Shown here: positions 63,942 through 64,000 of the stretch, in pieces
Position numbering within the stretch: position 1 is the first letter of the stretch
Layout: each line of letters begins with the position of its first letter
Assembly (NCBI GenBank): GCA_023144635.1
Contig: JAGLFH010000037.1
Location: 26,489-90,488, forward strand
Length of the DNA: 64,000 nucleotides
Reading direction: 5' to 3'
Source: Candidatus Auribacterota bacterium
GTDB taxonomy: Bacteria > Auribacterota > JAFGBW01 > JAFGJP01
Notes under the pieces: generated by a model
Database searches by the model: none
What the model was told of the DNA's origin: nothing
Seen by the model: the letters and a program-made list of their open reading frames with translations, nothing else
Made by a program: the position numbers and the translations under genes

Positions 63942-64000
63942 ATATTTTTACTCCTTGAATTTTGTCTAAGGGCAGAGTTTTCGCGTCCGCTGCAAACATT

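Noticed and set aside
1-64000. A RAYT/IS200-family transposase gene that could mobilise the REP-like elements
   Set aside because: No ORF in the window shows the HUH plus catalytic-Tyr signature; if present it is elsewhere in the genome.

Overview
64-kb window from an AT-rich bacterial chromosome, probably an uncultured lineage (prepilin-type pseudopilin, many TPR and signalling proteins, lysine-rich proteins). I call about 63 protein-coding genes and find no rRNA, tRNA or CRISPR array. Housekeeping blocks: purQ-purL, purF-purM-purH, purD, purE-tsaC; pta-ackA; NDK-like/aspartate aminotransferase/icd; LMW-PTP/rpiB/glyA; nrdR; cspA; rlmN; dtd. Envelope and polysaccharide genes: amidase, MurG-like GT, O-antigen-ligase-like, Wzz-like, GT2, GH17, a GH-A-like hydrolase. 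Signalling genes: three stand-alone receiver proteins, two PilZ proteins, a Ser/Thr kinase, a FIST sensor. The most striking signal is non-coding: the long intergenic regions (300-1300 bp) are mosaics of short GC-rich repeat modules found in both orientations. These include at least 17 REP-like hairpins (GTAG plus a GC-rich palindrome on one strand) whose cores differ between copies but stay self-complementary, a CACGTG-rich 41-nt module, terminator-like hairpins and T-depleted purine-rich tracts. Two to three genes appear to start at AUA/AUU codons behind strong Shine-Dalgarno sites, most clearly a metallophosphoesterase whose conserved motif I lies upstream of the first canonical start. All calls rest on reading the sequence and on remembered family motifs; no database search was run.
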